Positions 1-10,475 are shown, counted from the first letter of the stretch. The stretch is DNA of 64,000 bases from Gammaproteobacteria bacterium (GCA_050298595.1 JBNKUM010000085.1:96001-160000); one strand, 5' to 3'. A program made the numbers and translations. The notes: a model not told the origin generated them from the letters alone.

Positions 1-2250
1 GCCGAAGTAGACTATAAGGATAAAACCTCATGCGCCATCGACGTTAAGTTTCTGGTAGAAGATGAGAAAGCTTTTATTGAATGTTTTCATAACGTGCCCG
101 ACTATCATGGTGAAGGCCCACTATCTGTAGTCATCTGGACCACTACACCCTGGACCCTGCCTGCTAATCTTGCGGTTTCCTTACACCCTGATTTTGAATA
201 CGTAATTGTCGAAGTCACTACGGAAGAAGGCAAACAGCGACTGGTACTGGCTGAAGATCTGCTTAAAGACTGTATGGCTCGATATGCCATTGAAGACTAT
301 AAAGTCATCGCTTACGGCACCGGTAGTGCGCTGGAAAACCAGACCCTGAAACACCCATTCTATGATCGTGAATCCTTAATCATTATTGGTGATCATGTCA
401 CGCTGGAAGCCGGTACTGGAGCCGTACACACAGCCCCTGGTCATGGTCAGGATGACTTTATCATAGGCCAGAAATATGGCCTGGAGCCCTATAACCCAGT
501 GGGTGATAATGGCTGTTTTCTACCCAATACCGAACTCTTCGCCGGAGAGCATGTATTCAATGCCAACGATCATGTGGTTGAGGTATTGCAGGAGCATAAC
601 GCACTGATGCATACGGAAAAACTTCTGCATAGCTACCCTCACTGCTGGCGTCATAAAACCCCTATCATCTTCCGTGCTACCCCGCAGTGGTTTATCAGTA
701 TGGAGAAAGAAGGTCTGCGTCAGACCGCTCTTGATGAAATCAAGAATGTACAGTGGATTCCTGACTGGGGTCAGGCACGTATCACCGGTATGATCGCCAA
801 CCGTCCTGACTGGTGTATCTCGCGTCAGCGTTTCTGGGGTGTGCCCATTCCCTTATTTATTCATAAACAGACCCAGCAGTTGCATCCAGACACTTCAGCG
901 TTGATTGAAAAGGTCGCGTTACAGATGGAACAGAAAGGTATTGCTGCCTGGTTTGATCTAGATACTACTGAACTACTGGGCGAGGATGAAGAGAACTACA
1001 GCAAGACTACCGATACACTGGATGTATGGTTTGACTCGGGTAGCACTCATTTCAGTGTCATGCATAACGATGACCGTTTTCACTTCCCTGCTGACATGTA
1101 TCTGGAAGGTTCCGACCAGCACCGTGGCTGGTTCCATAGCTCACTGCTCACCTCCTGCGCAATGAATGGAGTCGCACCATACAAGCAGGTGCTGACACAT
1201 GGCTTTACCGTTGATGCCAAAGGCATGAAGATGTCCAAGTCGGTGGGTAACGTGGTCGCGCCACAGAAAGTCTTCAACTCGCTGGGGGCCGATATCCTGC
1301 GCCTCTGGGTTGCCTCTACCGATTATTCCGGTGAGATGAGCATCTCGGATGAAATCCTCAAACGCACCTCCGATTCCTATCGCCGTATCCGCAACACCCT
1401 GCGCTTTCTGCTGGCCAACATGAATGGTTTTGAACCCACACAGCACATGGTAGATAAGGACCAGCTATTGTCACTGGATCACTGGGTGGTGGCACAGACT
1501 CTGCAACTGCAGGATGAACTCAGGCAATTGTTTGATAGTTACCAATTTCATATAGCGATGCAGAAGATCACCTTCTTCTGCTCTGAAACTCTTAGTGGTT
1601 TCTATCTGGATGTCATCAAGGATCGGCAGTACACAACACAGGCAGACTCACTGCCGCGTCGATCCTGCCAGAGCGCCATGTACCATGTTGCGGAAGCGAT
1701 GACACGCTGGATTGCGCCCATCCTGAGTTTTACTGCCGATGAGGTCTGGGAAAACCTGCCCGGCGAGCATGCTGAACTGGGCGTGTTTACCGCCACCTGG
1801 TATGAAGGTCTATTCGACTTCCAGGATTCCGAACTGGGCGATGAAGTTTGGACTCAGCTATTGGCTATTCGCGAACAGAATACTTTAGTGCTGGAAAAGC
1901 TACGTCAGGATGGAAAGATTGGTTCGTCACTGGATGCGGAAGTGACCATTTACTGCGACGATGGCCTCTTGCGCTCGTTGGAGATGCTAAGCGAAGAGCT
2001 GCGCTTTATCCTCATTACATCAGAAGCCACCCTTGCCAAGCTTGAAGAGGCACCAAATGACGTCGTCATGGTTTCATTGCAAGGTGACAGCCATGAGTTC
2101 GCGATACAGGCTACCCCCAGTGAGCATGCCAAATGCGTGCGTTGCTGGCACCATCGCCCAGAAGTCGGCAGCATTAAAAAGCACCCAGAACTATGCGGTC
2201 GCTGTGTAGACAATGTCGACGGTGAGGGTGAAACACGCCAGTATGCTTAA
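1..2250 (+). CDS. ileS: Isoleucine--tRNA ligase (5' end lies outside the window)
   Basis: The frame is open from base 1 (AEVDYKDKTS..). Motifs WTTTPWTLP, GTGAVHTAPGHG, DWCISRQR, GSDQHRGWF and KMSKS, plus a C-terminal CxRC..CxRC zinc finger. Confidence 0.98.
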   Translation, partial: AEVDYKDKTSCAIDVKFLVEDEKAFIECFHNVPDYHGEGPLSVVIWTTTPWTLPANLAVSLHPDFEYVIVEVTTEEGKQRLVLAEDLLKDCMARYAIEDYKVIAYGTGSALENQTLKHPFYDRESLIIIGDHVTLEAGTGAVHTAPGHGQDDFIIGQKYGLEPYNPVGDNGCFLPNTELFAGEHVFNANDHVVEVLQEHNALMHTEKLLHSYPHCWRHKTPIIFRATPQWFISMEKEGLRQTALDEIKNVQWIPDWGQARITGMIANRPDWCISRQRFWGVPIPLFIHKQTQQLHPDTSALIEKVALQMEQKGIAAWFDLDTTELLGEDEENYSKTTDTLDVWFDSGSTHFSVMHNDDRFHFPADMYLEGSDQHRGWFHSSLLTSCAMNGVAPYKQVLTHGFTVDAKGMKMSKSVGNVVAPQKVFNSLGADILRLWVASTDYSGEMSISDEILKRTSDSYRRIRNTLRFLLANMNGFEPTQHMVDKDQLLSLDHWVVAQTLQLQDELRQLFDSYQFHIAMQKITFFCSETLSGFYLDVIKDRQYTTQADSLPRRSCQSAMYHVAEAMTRWIAPILSFTADEVWENLPGEHAELGVFTATWYEGLFDFQDSELGDEVWTQLLAIREQNTLVLEKLRQDGKIGSSLDAEVTIYCDDGLLRSLEMLSEELRFILITSEATLAKLEEAPNDVVMVSLQGDSHEFAIQATPSEHAKCVRCWHHRPEVGSIKKHPELCGRCVDNVDGEGETRQYA

Positions 2251-2731
2251 GTATCTATGGATCAGTGTGCTGGTCATTATTGCAGACCAGCTCACAAAAT
2301 GGCTGGCTAACACCCAACTTGAATACCACCAGGCCGTCACTGTGCTACCTTATTTCGAGTGGTTTCTATCCTACAACCCTGGCGCTGCTTTCAGCTTTCT
2401 GTCCGATGCGGGCGGCTGGCAGCGCTGGTTTTTTACTGTGCTAGCTATAGTCATCAGCATCGCACTGTTTGTGTGGATCAAAAAGCTAAGCAACAACGAA
2501 AAGCTTACCGCTATTGCCTTAACACTGATATTGGGTGGCGCTATAGGCAACTTAATCGATCGTGTTCTTTACGGCTATGTCATCGATTTCATTCAGGTAT
2601 GGCTAGGCAGTTATGCCTGGCCGGCTTTTAATATCGCCGACTCAGCTATCTCAGTCGGTGCAGTGGTACTGCTGACAGCAGGCATACTTAGCCCCTATCT
2701 GGATAATACCGATGAAAAAAATCACGCCTGA
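2243..2731 (+). CDS. lspA: Lipoprotein signal peptidase II
   Basis: DQLTK, NPGAAFSFL, GNLIDR, VIDFI and FNIADS motifs. The ATG at 2243 overlaps the ileS end, as in the canonical operon. Confidence 0.97.
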   Translation: MLKYLWISVLVIIADQLTKWLANTQLEYHQAVTVLPYFEWFLSYNPGAAFSFLSDAGGWQRWFFTVLAIVISIALFVWIKKLSNNEKLTAIALTLILGGAIGNLIDRVLYGYVIDFIQVWLGSYAWPAFNIADSAISVGAVVLLTAGILSPYLDNTDEKNHA

Positions 2732-3164
2732 TAGTATCGTCACCCTGCACTATCAGCTTGGTTATACAGACGGTAGCCTGCTGGAAGACACCTTCGATCA
2801 GGAGCCCATGACATTTCGACTGGGCACTGGCGAATTAGCAGAAGGACTGGAACTGTCTTTAATGGACTTATGTGAAGGTGAAGAACAGACCCTGGACATC
2901 GGCCCCGATCTTGCGTTTGGATATACCGATCAGGCAATGATCCAGCAGTTGCAAAGGGATGAGTTTGCCGAAGATTTTGAGCTGGAAGCAGGCTTGATTA
3001 TAGAGTTCAGCACCCCTGGCGGCGAGACCATTCCCGGCACAATTCTTGAGTTTGATGATAAAAAGGTAAAGGTCGACTTCAATCATCCTCTGGCCGGGCA
3101 TGTGGTTAGATACCGGGTCAAGATCGTGCAGATTGAAACCCCCTCCATGGAAACCATTAACTGA
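2712..3164 (+). CDS. fkpB: FKBP-type peptidyl-prolyl isomerase (SlpA/FkpB)
   Basis: VTLHY, AFG and VDFNHPLAG motifs; sits between lspA and ispH. Confidence 0.92.
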   Translation: MKKITPDSIVTLHYQLGYTDGSLLEDTFDQEPMTFRLGTGELAEGLELSLMDLCEGEEQTLDIGPDLAFGYTDQAMIQQLQRDEFAEDFELEAGLIIEFSTPGGETIPGTILEFDDKKVKVDFNHPLAGHVVRYRVKIVQIETPSMETIN

Positions 3165-4099
3165 TGCAAATCCTGCTCGCTAATCCGCGTGGATTTTGTG
3201 CCGGAGTGGATCGAGCAATCGATATCGTCGAGCGAGCACTCGAATTATTCGGCGCACCTATCTATGTACGTCATGAAGTCGTGCATAACCGCTATGTAGT
3301 TGACGACCTGAAAAACAAAGGTGCCATATTCGTTGATGAATTGGATCAAATCCCCGATGATCAATATGTCATCTTCAGCGCGCACGGGGTTTCCCGCGCG
3401 GTACAGGATCAGGCCAGACAACGTGGCCTCAAGGTATTTGATGCCACCTGCCCACTGGTAACCAAGGTTCACCTTGAGGTATCTCGATATAGTCTGCAAG
3501 GTATAGAAACTATTCTTATAGGTCATAAAGGACATCCTGAGGTTGAAGGCACCATGGGACAATACGATCATAGTCACCGGGGAAACATCTATCTGGTAGA
3601 GTCCGTTGAGGACGTATCCCAGCTAAAGATTAACAACCCGCAACAGCTCAGGTTTGTCACTCAGACCACGCTCTCTATGGACGATACAAGCAGAGTGATA
3701 GATGCATTACACAAAAATTTTCCGTCCATTAAGGGACCGAAGAAAGACGATATCTGTTATGCCACTCAGAATCGTCAGGATGCCGTTAAAAAGCTAACCG
3801 AAGACTGTGATTTAATCCTGGTCGTTGGTTCACGCAATAGCTCTAACTCAAACCGCCTGCGTGAAATCGCGCAAAACCACCAGATTGATGGCTACCTGAT
3901 TGACGGCGCTGAAGACATAAACCCCGAGTGGCTTAGCGGTAAAAAACGCATTGGTGTAACCGCTGGCGCATCAGCGCCTGAATTACTGGTTAAAGGTGTT
4001 ATCGATTTTCTATGCGGACTGGAACAATTTGAAGTGAAGTCACTGGGGTTCACCGAGAATGTTACTTTTCAATTACCAAAAGAATTACGCAGAGACTAA
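3164..4099 (+). CDS. ispH: 4-hydroxy-3-methylbut-2-enyl diphosphate reductase
   Basis: [28 protein letters not shown] and SSNSNRL motifs. Confidence 0.98.
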   Translation: MQILLANPRGFCAGVDRAIDIVERALELFGAPIYVRHEVVHNRYVVDDLKNKGAIFVDELDQIPDDQYVIFSAHGVSRAVQDQARQRGLKVFDATCPLVTKVHLEVSRYSLQGIETILIGHKGHPEVEGTMGQYDHSHRGNIYLVESVEDVSQLKINNPQQLRFVTQTTLSMDDTSRVIDALHKNFPSIKGPKKDDICYATQNRQDAVKKLTEDCDLILVVGSRNSSNSNRLREIAQNHQIDGYLIDGAEDINPEWLSGKKRIGVTAGASAPELLVKGVIDFLCGLEQFEVKSLGFTENVTFQLPKELRRD

Positions 4100-4149
4100 G
4101 CTCAACCTGCTCATTTTGACTCATCAAGAGTAATTTCAAAGCACGATAA

Positions 4150-6087
4150 TCACCCGCCCGATATCTGCCCCATAGCCTCCACGCAAGCACTCAGTACCTG
4201 AGGGAAAGGCTGATCAGACAATGCGCCGAAGTCGGGGTGTTTCAACGACCCGGCTCTCGACAGACGGGGGCTGGTGATACCACATAGAAAGCGTGCCAGT
4301 TGACGTGGTCGCTCGATCACTTCGGGACATCGCCGATAGTACCCAGCGAAGCTGCGGCTATCCACGTCCTGGTATTCCGATGTAGGCAACTGCGAGGCCG
4401 CTTTTCCACGGCAATGACTGCAATGTCCGCAAGCCTGTGGCCGTTGTTCACCGAAATACGCCATTAGCGCATTACTATAACAGCTGTCACTTTCAACCCA
4501 TCGACAGACTTCCTGCAACCGGTCGATTTCGCGTTGCTCACGTCGAGCGAAGAGTTTGAACATTTTTTCACACAAGGCATCGTTGTCAATATTGCTGTCC
4601 ATACGACGATATCCCTGGCGTACACCGCTTAGTGATAACTCGATCAATCCTTTTTCTTCCAGATAGTTTAGCGCCTTAACGATGCGCAGCCGTTCTTCTC
4701 CGAGAGCTTCGGCAACTTCCCTAGGTTTGACTGTCAGCCACTTTCTCCCTTTTTTACCAGCAGCGAACACAGTCCGTAAAAAATCACTGCGGTTCTGATC
4801 GAAATGAGAAAAGATCGTTTCGGCTGGTTCGAGAAACTGGATTTTGTAGTCAGTGTAGAACACCGCCGTAGCCTGGATAATGCCATCCAGTTCGAGATAG
4901 GTCAGCAGAGTGGTAATGACCAACGGACGCATGTCGTATTGATAAGATAGCTCGTAGGCAGCCAGATCGAAGTCACCTGCCAGAGTCATTATCCATTCAA
5001 TACACTGGCTAAGCGATTCGCGCTCGGGAGTATCGCCGTAAACGAAATTCTGCAGCACCGTCAAATCATCTCCCGAGGGGATTAGCGTACATTGCGCGGA
5101 TTGGCCGTCGCGCCCGGCACGACCGATTTCCTGCATGTAGTTTTCCAGCGATTTGGGCAGGTTGTAATGTACAATAGCGCGGATATTGGCTTTGTCGATA
5201 CCCATGCCGAAGGCGATAGTGGCAACAACAATATCAACCTCTCCACGCATGAAGGCTTCCTGGATGGCATGACGTACATCATCCTTCAGCCCGGCATGAT
5301 AAGGCTGGGCTCGCAAGCCTGTTGTGCTCAACCGCTCTGCCACCTGCTCTGCGGTCTTCTGTAATGTGACATACACGATGCTCGGTTCCGCCCCGTGTTT
5401 CTGCTGGTGTCCGTTGAGCAGATTTTCGAGGTATTCATCGCGCTGTTCGATGGATTGTGGTGCGATATCGAGGTCGAGATTGGGGCGGTAAAACCCGGTA
5501 TGCATCCTGTCCTGCGCCTGAATGTCGAACTGTCGGCAGATATCGTCTGCCACCTCCGGTGTTGCTGTAGCGGTCAGAGCCAGCACACGTCCGACCCCCA
5601 GACTGCGGGAGAGAGGGGCCAGTTTCAGGTAATCAGGGCGAAAGTTATGCCCCCACTCTGAAATGCAGTGGGCCTCGTCTATAGCCATCATGGCAATTGG
5701 CAACTGTGACAACTGGATGATAAAGCGTTCGTTCTTGAAACGCTCCGGAGAAACGTATAGCAGCTTGAGTTGCCCGTCATGCAGTTGCCGCATGATATCC
5801 TGGGTTTGCGCAGGGTTCAGTGAAGAGTCAAGGCGTGCAGCAGGCAAGTGAAGCGCCTGCAACTGATCGATCTGGTCTTTCATCAAGGCGATCAATGGAG
5901 AGACGACCAGTGTTACCCCCCCCATCAACAACGCTGGTAATTGATAACACAGACTCTTGCCGCCACCAGTCGGAAAAATTGCCAGGGCCGAACGCCCTTC
6001 CAGCAAACTCTGGATGACCTGCTTCTGGCCAGGCCGAAACTCCTTGAAGCCAAAATGCCTGTCTAAGCTTTGTTCTAGAATATCCAT
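4150..6087 (-). CDS. RecQ-family ATP-dependent DNA helicase (no HRDC domain evident)
   Basis: PTGGGKSLCYQLP, DEAHCISEWGHNFRPDY, ATIAFGMGIDK, QEIGRAGRDG and the CGHCSHC Zn motif. The true start is probably ATG 6087, after an AGGAGAGG RBS. Confidence 0.93.
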   Translation of the reverse strand: MDILEQSLDRHFGFKEFRPGQKQVIQSLLEGRSALAIFPTGGGKSLCYQLPALLMGGVTLVVSPLIALMKDQIDQLQALHLPAARLDSSLNPAQTQDIMRQLHDGQLKLLYVSPERFKNERFIIQLSQLPIAMMAIDEAHCISEWGHNFRPDYLKLAPLSRSLGVGRVLALTATATPEVADDICRQFDIQAQDRMHTGFYRPNLDLDIAPQSIEQRDEYLENLLNGHQQKHGAEPSIVYVTLQKTAEQVAERLSTTGLRAQPYHAGLKDDVRHAIQEAFMRGEVDIVVATIAFGMGIDKANIRAIVHYNLPKSLENYMQEIGRAGRDGQSAQCTLIPSGDDLTVLQNFVYGDTPERESLSQCIEWIMTLAGDFDLAAYELSYQYDMRPLVITTLLTYLELDGIIQATAVFYTDYKIQFLEPAETIFSHFDQNRSDFLRTVFAAGKKGRKWLTVKPREVAEALGEERLRIVKALNYLEEKGLIELSLSGVRQGYRRMDSNIDNDALCEKMFKLFARREQREIDRLQEVCRWVESDSCYSNALMAYFGEQRPQACGHCSHCRGKAASQLPTSEYQDVDSRSFAGYYRRCPEVIERPRQLARFLCGITSPRLSRAGSLKHPDFGALSDQPFPQVLSACVEAMGQISGG

Positions 6088-6103
6088 ATTCCTCTCCTGT
6101 TCG

Positions 6104-8019
6104 TTACTGTGTATCAGATAGCGCCAGCAGGCCTGCCATGCTTTGCGCCAGCTTATCGAGTGCCTCTTTTTCCCTGAATTTGACGGTGAGCTGGTAGCCG
6201 CCCTGATCATCAGGCACGATACAGTCCTCCAGGCTTTTTCTGAGCTTTGCGGTAAGTTCGCCAGGCTCCTGCGCTGGTTGGGGCAGCAGTTCATTCATAA
6301 ACTCGAATACAGCGCTTAGCATCTGACCGCCAGCCTCCGCGACGCGCTGCTGGCGTTCGAGTTGCTGTCCAGTTTCTCGTAGAGCGGATGCATCCACCGG
6401 GGCTTCAGGCACGGCCCCGAGCAGAATTTCCAGGCGCTGATTCAATTCGTCAAGACCGGAAGACAGATCCACCTGATCGATATCGGTATCTGGGTCGAGT
6501 GACGCTAGCGCCAACTGGTGTTTGGCGGAGAGTGTGCCCAGCATGCTCTCCTCAATGGTGCCTTCGGTGACCAGTATAAAGACCTGTACCGGGCGCTTCT
6601 GACCCATGCGGTCGGCACGCGCGATACGCTGTTCCAGCACAGCAGGGTTCCATGGCAGGTCGACATTGATGATGGTATTGGCCGCTTGCAGATTAAGACC
6701 GGTAGCAACGGCATTGCTGGCCATAAAAACCTGACAGCGCGCACCGGTCTGAAACTGGTTCACAAGTTGCTGGCGTTGCTTCTGCGGCACGGAGCCATCC
6801 AGACGCACGAACCCCAGCCCTGCCTCCCTCACAAGCGGTTCAATCAGATCCAGCATGGTGGTCCATTCGGAAAACAGTACGATCTTGCGTTCGTCCTCAG
6901 CGCCCAGGGTCATCAACAGATTACGTAATTCGTCCAGCTTGCTGGAATAGCCGGGTGCCTGTTTGTCGATCTGGTAGGTGCTGTCAGCTGCCATGCGGCA
7001 CATCAGCAGCGCTTTTTGCAGACGCAGTAGATCCATTTCGCTGATATAACGTTTTTGCAGGATGGCACTGACCGTGCGTCTATGACCATCGTGCAGCTCG
7101 AGTTGCTCTTCGGTCGGTGTAATGCGAATAACTTCATTATGCCGAGGGGGTAATTGCTGCATGACTGAGGCACGGGTACGACGTAACAAAATCGGTTCGA
7201 GGCGTTTGCGTATGGCAGAGAGATTTTTGTACCCGACGACCTTGCCCTTCTCATCCAGTACACGGTGACTGTTAAAAAAGCGGTAGGCCGGCCCCAGGCG
7301 TCTGTCATCGACGAATTCGACCACCGAATACAAATCGTCGAGCCGGTTCTCCAACGGCGTACCCGATAAAACCAGGGCAAAGCGAGAATGCAATGACTTG
7401 ATCGCCTGCGAGGTTTTCGCCTCCCAGTTCTTGATGCGCTGGCCCTCGTCGAGAATGATCAAATCCCATTGCTGTGCTGAAACCGTACCGATATCGCGCA
7501 GGATTTGTACGTAGTTGCACAGCGTGAAAAAGGCACCACTCGTGTATTGCGCGGTGCGTTCCTGCGCAGAGCCAATGACAATTTGCGCATCACGCTCACA
7601 GAATTTGTAGATTTCCTCACGCCACTGAGATTTCAGCGAGGTCGGCATAATGACCAGAACCCGTTGTATCCCGGCTTCTCGTGCCAGCCATTCAGCCACG
7701 CCGATACCCTGGATGGTCTTACCCAGGCCCATATCGTCAGCAAGGATGGCTCCACCTGCACCAACCGCAAACGCGATACCGTATCGCTCAGAAACAGCGT
7801 CACCGATGCTCGAGCTCCTAGACTCAGGGACAGCTGTTTACTGCCGAAATCCACCTGCTTGTCTATATCGATTTCATAAGCGCCGCCGCTACGTAGCAAC
7901 GCCGCACCATCAGCCCTCAGTCGCTTGATCGCCTGCTGGTAGGTCAATCTGGACAGCCTGTCGCGGAGGGTTAGATCTGATGTGGCTTTAACTTGCATGG
8001 TATTTTTTAAAGCGCTCAT
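6104..8019 (-). pseudogene. SNF2-family helicase, frameshifted with an apparent internal deletion
   Basis: The helicase core (GIAFAVGAGGAILADDMGLGKT, LDEGQRIKN, SGTPLENRL, DLPWNPA) is out of frame with the upstream N-terminal segment (LRDRLSRLTY.., ORF 7633-8019). The junction is near 7780, and the track's ATG at 7732 lies inside motif I. Confidence 0.75.
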
Positions 8020-8207
8020 TACGATATTGTTGTATTTTTATTTGCAGCCCAGAATGGGCTGAAGTTTAGCGAAAATCCGGCTACAGGTATAGCAGGGGGG
8101 GTGAGGGAATGCTGTCAAAAAAGAGGTCAGAGAGTCAAATGCAGGGGCTTTGAGTATACCGGCTCGGAGCAGCATGTGTATCCAATCTCCTAGTAGGATA
8201 GCATGCT

Positions 8208-8834
8208 TCACTTTGCAGCTATCAACACCAAATTAAACGCCAGCATGATAAACACCACACTGACCAGGCGATTCATCAACCGTCTGCGTGATGGGGAATG
8301 TGTCAGCTTTTCACTATACACACCAGCCAGCATAGCAATGCAACCAAACACTAGTAAGGTCGAGACAATAAACAGAAAACCCAGAAACACGATTTGAAAA
8401 GTAACCGGCCAGCCATCCTGACTCACAAACTGAGGCAGGAAGGCAATAAAAAACAGGCCTACCTTGGGGTTGGTCAGGTTCATGATCACCCCTCTGAGAT
8501 AAAGTTTTCCGGGGCCAAGTTGAAGCTGTGGTTTCGCAGCGGAATCATCCGGTAATGCTGTCCAGCTTTGCCAGGCAAGATAGATCAGATAGGCAACCCC
8601 CAGCCATTTGATCATCTGAAAAAGTGTCGGAGAGGCTGCAAGTATCGCAGCGACTCCAAGCGCGACCATAGCGGTGTGTCCCAGTAAACCAGTGCATAAG
8701 CCCAGTGTCACCATCACACCGGATCTTTGCCCATAAGCCAGAGATTGCGAAAGTACGAATATGTTATCCGGGCCTGGCGTCAGCCCAAGCAATATTGACG
8801 CGATAAAAAATACGGAGAGTGTTTCAAATGGCAT
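8208..8834 (-). CDS. LysE/RhtB family amino-acid exporter
   Basis: TPGPDN, G..YLIYLAW and NLTNPK motifs; hydrophobic, 208 aa. Confidence 0.92.
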   Translation of the reverse strand: MPFETLSVFFIASILLGLTPGPDNIFVLSQSLAYGQRSGVMVTLGLCTGLLGHTAMVALGVAAILAASPTLFQMIKWLGVAYLIYLAWQSWTALPDDSAAKPQLQLGPGKLYLRGVIMNLTNPKVGLFFIAFLPQFVSQDGWPVTFQIVFLGFLFIVSTLLVFGCIAMLAGVYSEKLTHSPSRRRLMNRLVSVVFIMLAFNLVLIAAK

Positions 8835-9073
8835 TAGAATAAACTTGAAATAAATCTCAACAACTATGGTATGTCGATTAAGAAAAAGAGCGTTAGTGTA
8901 ACCAGAAGAAATATAAATGGCAGCATATATCTGGCGTTCCTTTTTTCTGACTCAACCGATACTCAATATCATCAACCTGACGATGCATATCCCGCATCAC
9001 CTTTTTAGCGACTCGTCGGCGCACAATGTGATCAACCACTACCTAAAAACTGCTCTAAAACAAAGCTCACTCA

Positions 9074-9106
9074 GTTCAGTTAACGTTCATCAAGCATCGA
9101 TAGACT
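9074..9106 (+). promoter_or_regulatory. OmpR/PhoP-type direct-repeat operator with -10 box
   Basis: GTTCAG-N5-GTTCAT at 9074-9090, followed by TAGACT at 9101-9106, upstream of ORF 9139. Confidence 0.45.
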
Positions 9107-9138
9107 AGTCCCGAACCTAAACTAAACGGGAGTTCAAA

Positions 9139-9474
9139 ATGAAACTACAAACACTAAAAATAGTTAAACTTTCCGCCCTGGTACTGGTTGCCAGCCTTGC
9201 CGCCACTGTACCTGTTAAATCTATGGCACATGACAGCGGCCATATCAATGCTGAAATTCTGATAAATCTTTCACCATTACTACATACACATCAAGTTCAT
9301 CAATATGGACACAGCACTTATTACCCGCGTCAAATCGAACGTCATCATAAACACCATAAAGCCAGATACTATGATCGCAGATATCACCATGCAAGGCATC
9401 ATCAGCCAGAACGCATAGTGCGCAGCTATGACCGTTACTCGGATAATAAAATTATCCGCAAGCACTTTAAATAA
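9139..9474 (+). CDS. Small secreted His/Arg/Tyr-rich hypothetical protein
   Basis: Signal peptide ending SMA-H, then many His residues (RHHKHHK, YHHARHH); GGGAG RBS. Confidence 0.7.
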   Translation: MKLQTLKIVKLSALVLVASLAATVPVKSMAHDSGHINAEILINLSPLLHTHQVHQYGHSTYYPRQIERHHKHHKARYYDRRYHHARHHQPERIVRSYDRYSDNKIIRKHFK

Positions 9475-9491
9475 ATCCTGAAGAGGCGCGA

Positions 9492-10238
9492 GTGATGAAG
9501 ACTTTAAAAATTATACTGCTGTGTCTATTACCTTCGCTGGCATTTGCTGGCACTACAGAAACTGTATCGGTACGCAGTGTAGGCAAAATGATAACTGACG
9601 ATAGTATTAATCTTACTCAACAGCTTGAATTAAGCCCAACAATCAGCCTGCAGAAACCATCTTCATCGCAAGGCACTGATTTATTATCTCTGCGTCAAAG
9701 CAACCGAATAACAATCAGTTATTCAGATCCTGTCCAGTTTGACCTGTTCGATGCCTGGGTAGACCTGAGTGGAGACCTTGATCAGGATGGTTACTATCAT
9801 AATATCAAGGTCAGCTTTGATGCCGACGTCAATACACAAACCACCGAGGCTGTGTATGCAAAAATCTATCTCAGTTATCAGGGCGGCCCCTGGTTTCAAT
9901 TGAGTACAACAGATTTATTCGAAATTTACAGTAACTCCGCTGATGACAGTTTCGAGATACTCAATGAGCTGGAACAGGGTTTTGAACCTGGTGATTACGA
10001 AGTGTTGATAGAATTGCACAGCCTCTACCATAGCGGTATTGTGAGTCAGAGAATTGTGCAACTTGACCGCTCGGGTTATCTGATCACTCTGGAAGATTTT
10101 GATCACGATCAACCTGCTTATACTGTCGAGTATGTCGATAGTTATGGATATGCGGTTTCAGGAAGTTTTTCTATTACAGGATTATTACTGATAGGTTTGT
10201 TAGGCGTGATTAAATTTCGATTTTCAAACAGGCATTAA
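9492..10238 (+). CDS. Choice-of-anchor H-like secreted protein with a GlyGly-CTERM-like tail
   Basis: Signal peptide; DLDQDGYY..FDAD..VYAKIYLS..GGPW..DYEVLIEL pattern; C-terminal SGS, hydrophobic helix and basic end. Confidence 0.7.
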   Translation: MMKTLKIILLCLLPSLAFAGTTETVSVRSVGKMITDDSINLTQQLELSPTISLQKPSSSQGTDLLSLRQSNRITISYSDPVQFDLFDAWVDLSGDLDQDGYYHNIKVSFDADVNTQTTEAVYAKIYLSYQGGPWFQLSTTDLFEIYSNSADDSFEILNELEQGFEPGDYEVLIELHSLYHSGIVSQRIVQLDRSGYLITLEDFDHDQPAYTVEYVDSYGYAVSGSFSITGLLLIGLLGVIKFRFSNRH

Positions 10239-10425
10239 AATACCCCAGCACTGTGCATACATGAATAAGGGAGGGACATGCACAGCCTGGAGTAAAGGGT
10301 GAAATCGGTATTCTATAAAATTGATCAGCTCAACTTTTAAAAGGTATAGTGAGCTATTCAATTTAAAATAATTCTTCAACTTTAATCACTGGCATCCTTG
10401 CCAGTTCTAAAACGCCTCTCCATCG
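10237..10425 (-). ncRNA. Candidate small RNA divergent from regB
   Basis: -10 TATTCT (10437-10432) downstream of a RegA-type box. Three hairpins: an AGGA-loop stem at 10388-10405, a stem at 10321-10361, and a long terminal stem at 10241-10294 with a CCCUCCC loop and U tract. G-U pairs favour the minus strand. Confidence 0.5.
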
Positions 10426-10460
10426 ATGCTAAGAATAGGAAAAAACCAGAACCTGGAGAA

Positions 10461-10475
10461 GTGACAAATTGTCGC
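10461..10475. promoter_or_regulatory. Putative RegA/PrrA binding site
   Basis: GTGAC-N5-GTCGC resembles the GCG(G/A)C-N5-GTCGC RegA/PrrA consensus; about 110 bp upstream of regB. Confidence 0.6.

Noticed and set aside
6088-6294. N-terminal extension of the RecQ ORF in the track
   Set aside because: It overlaps the SNF2 3' end; a strong RBS and the family start support ATG 6087.
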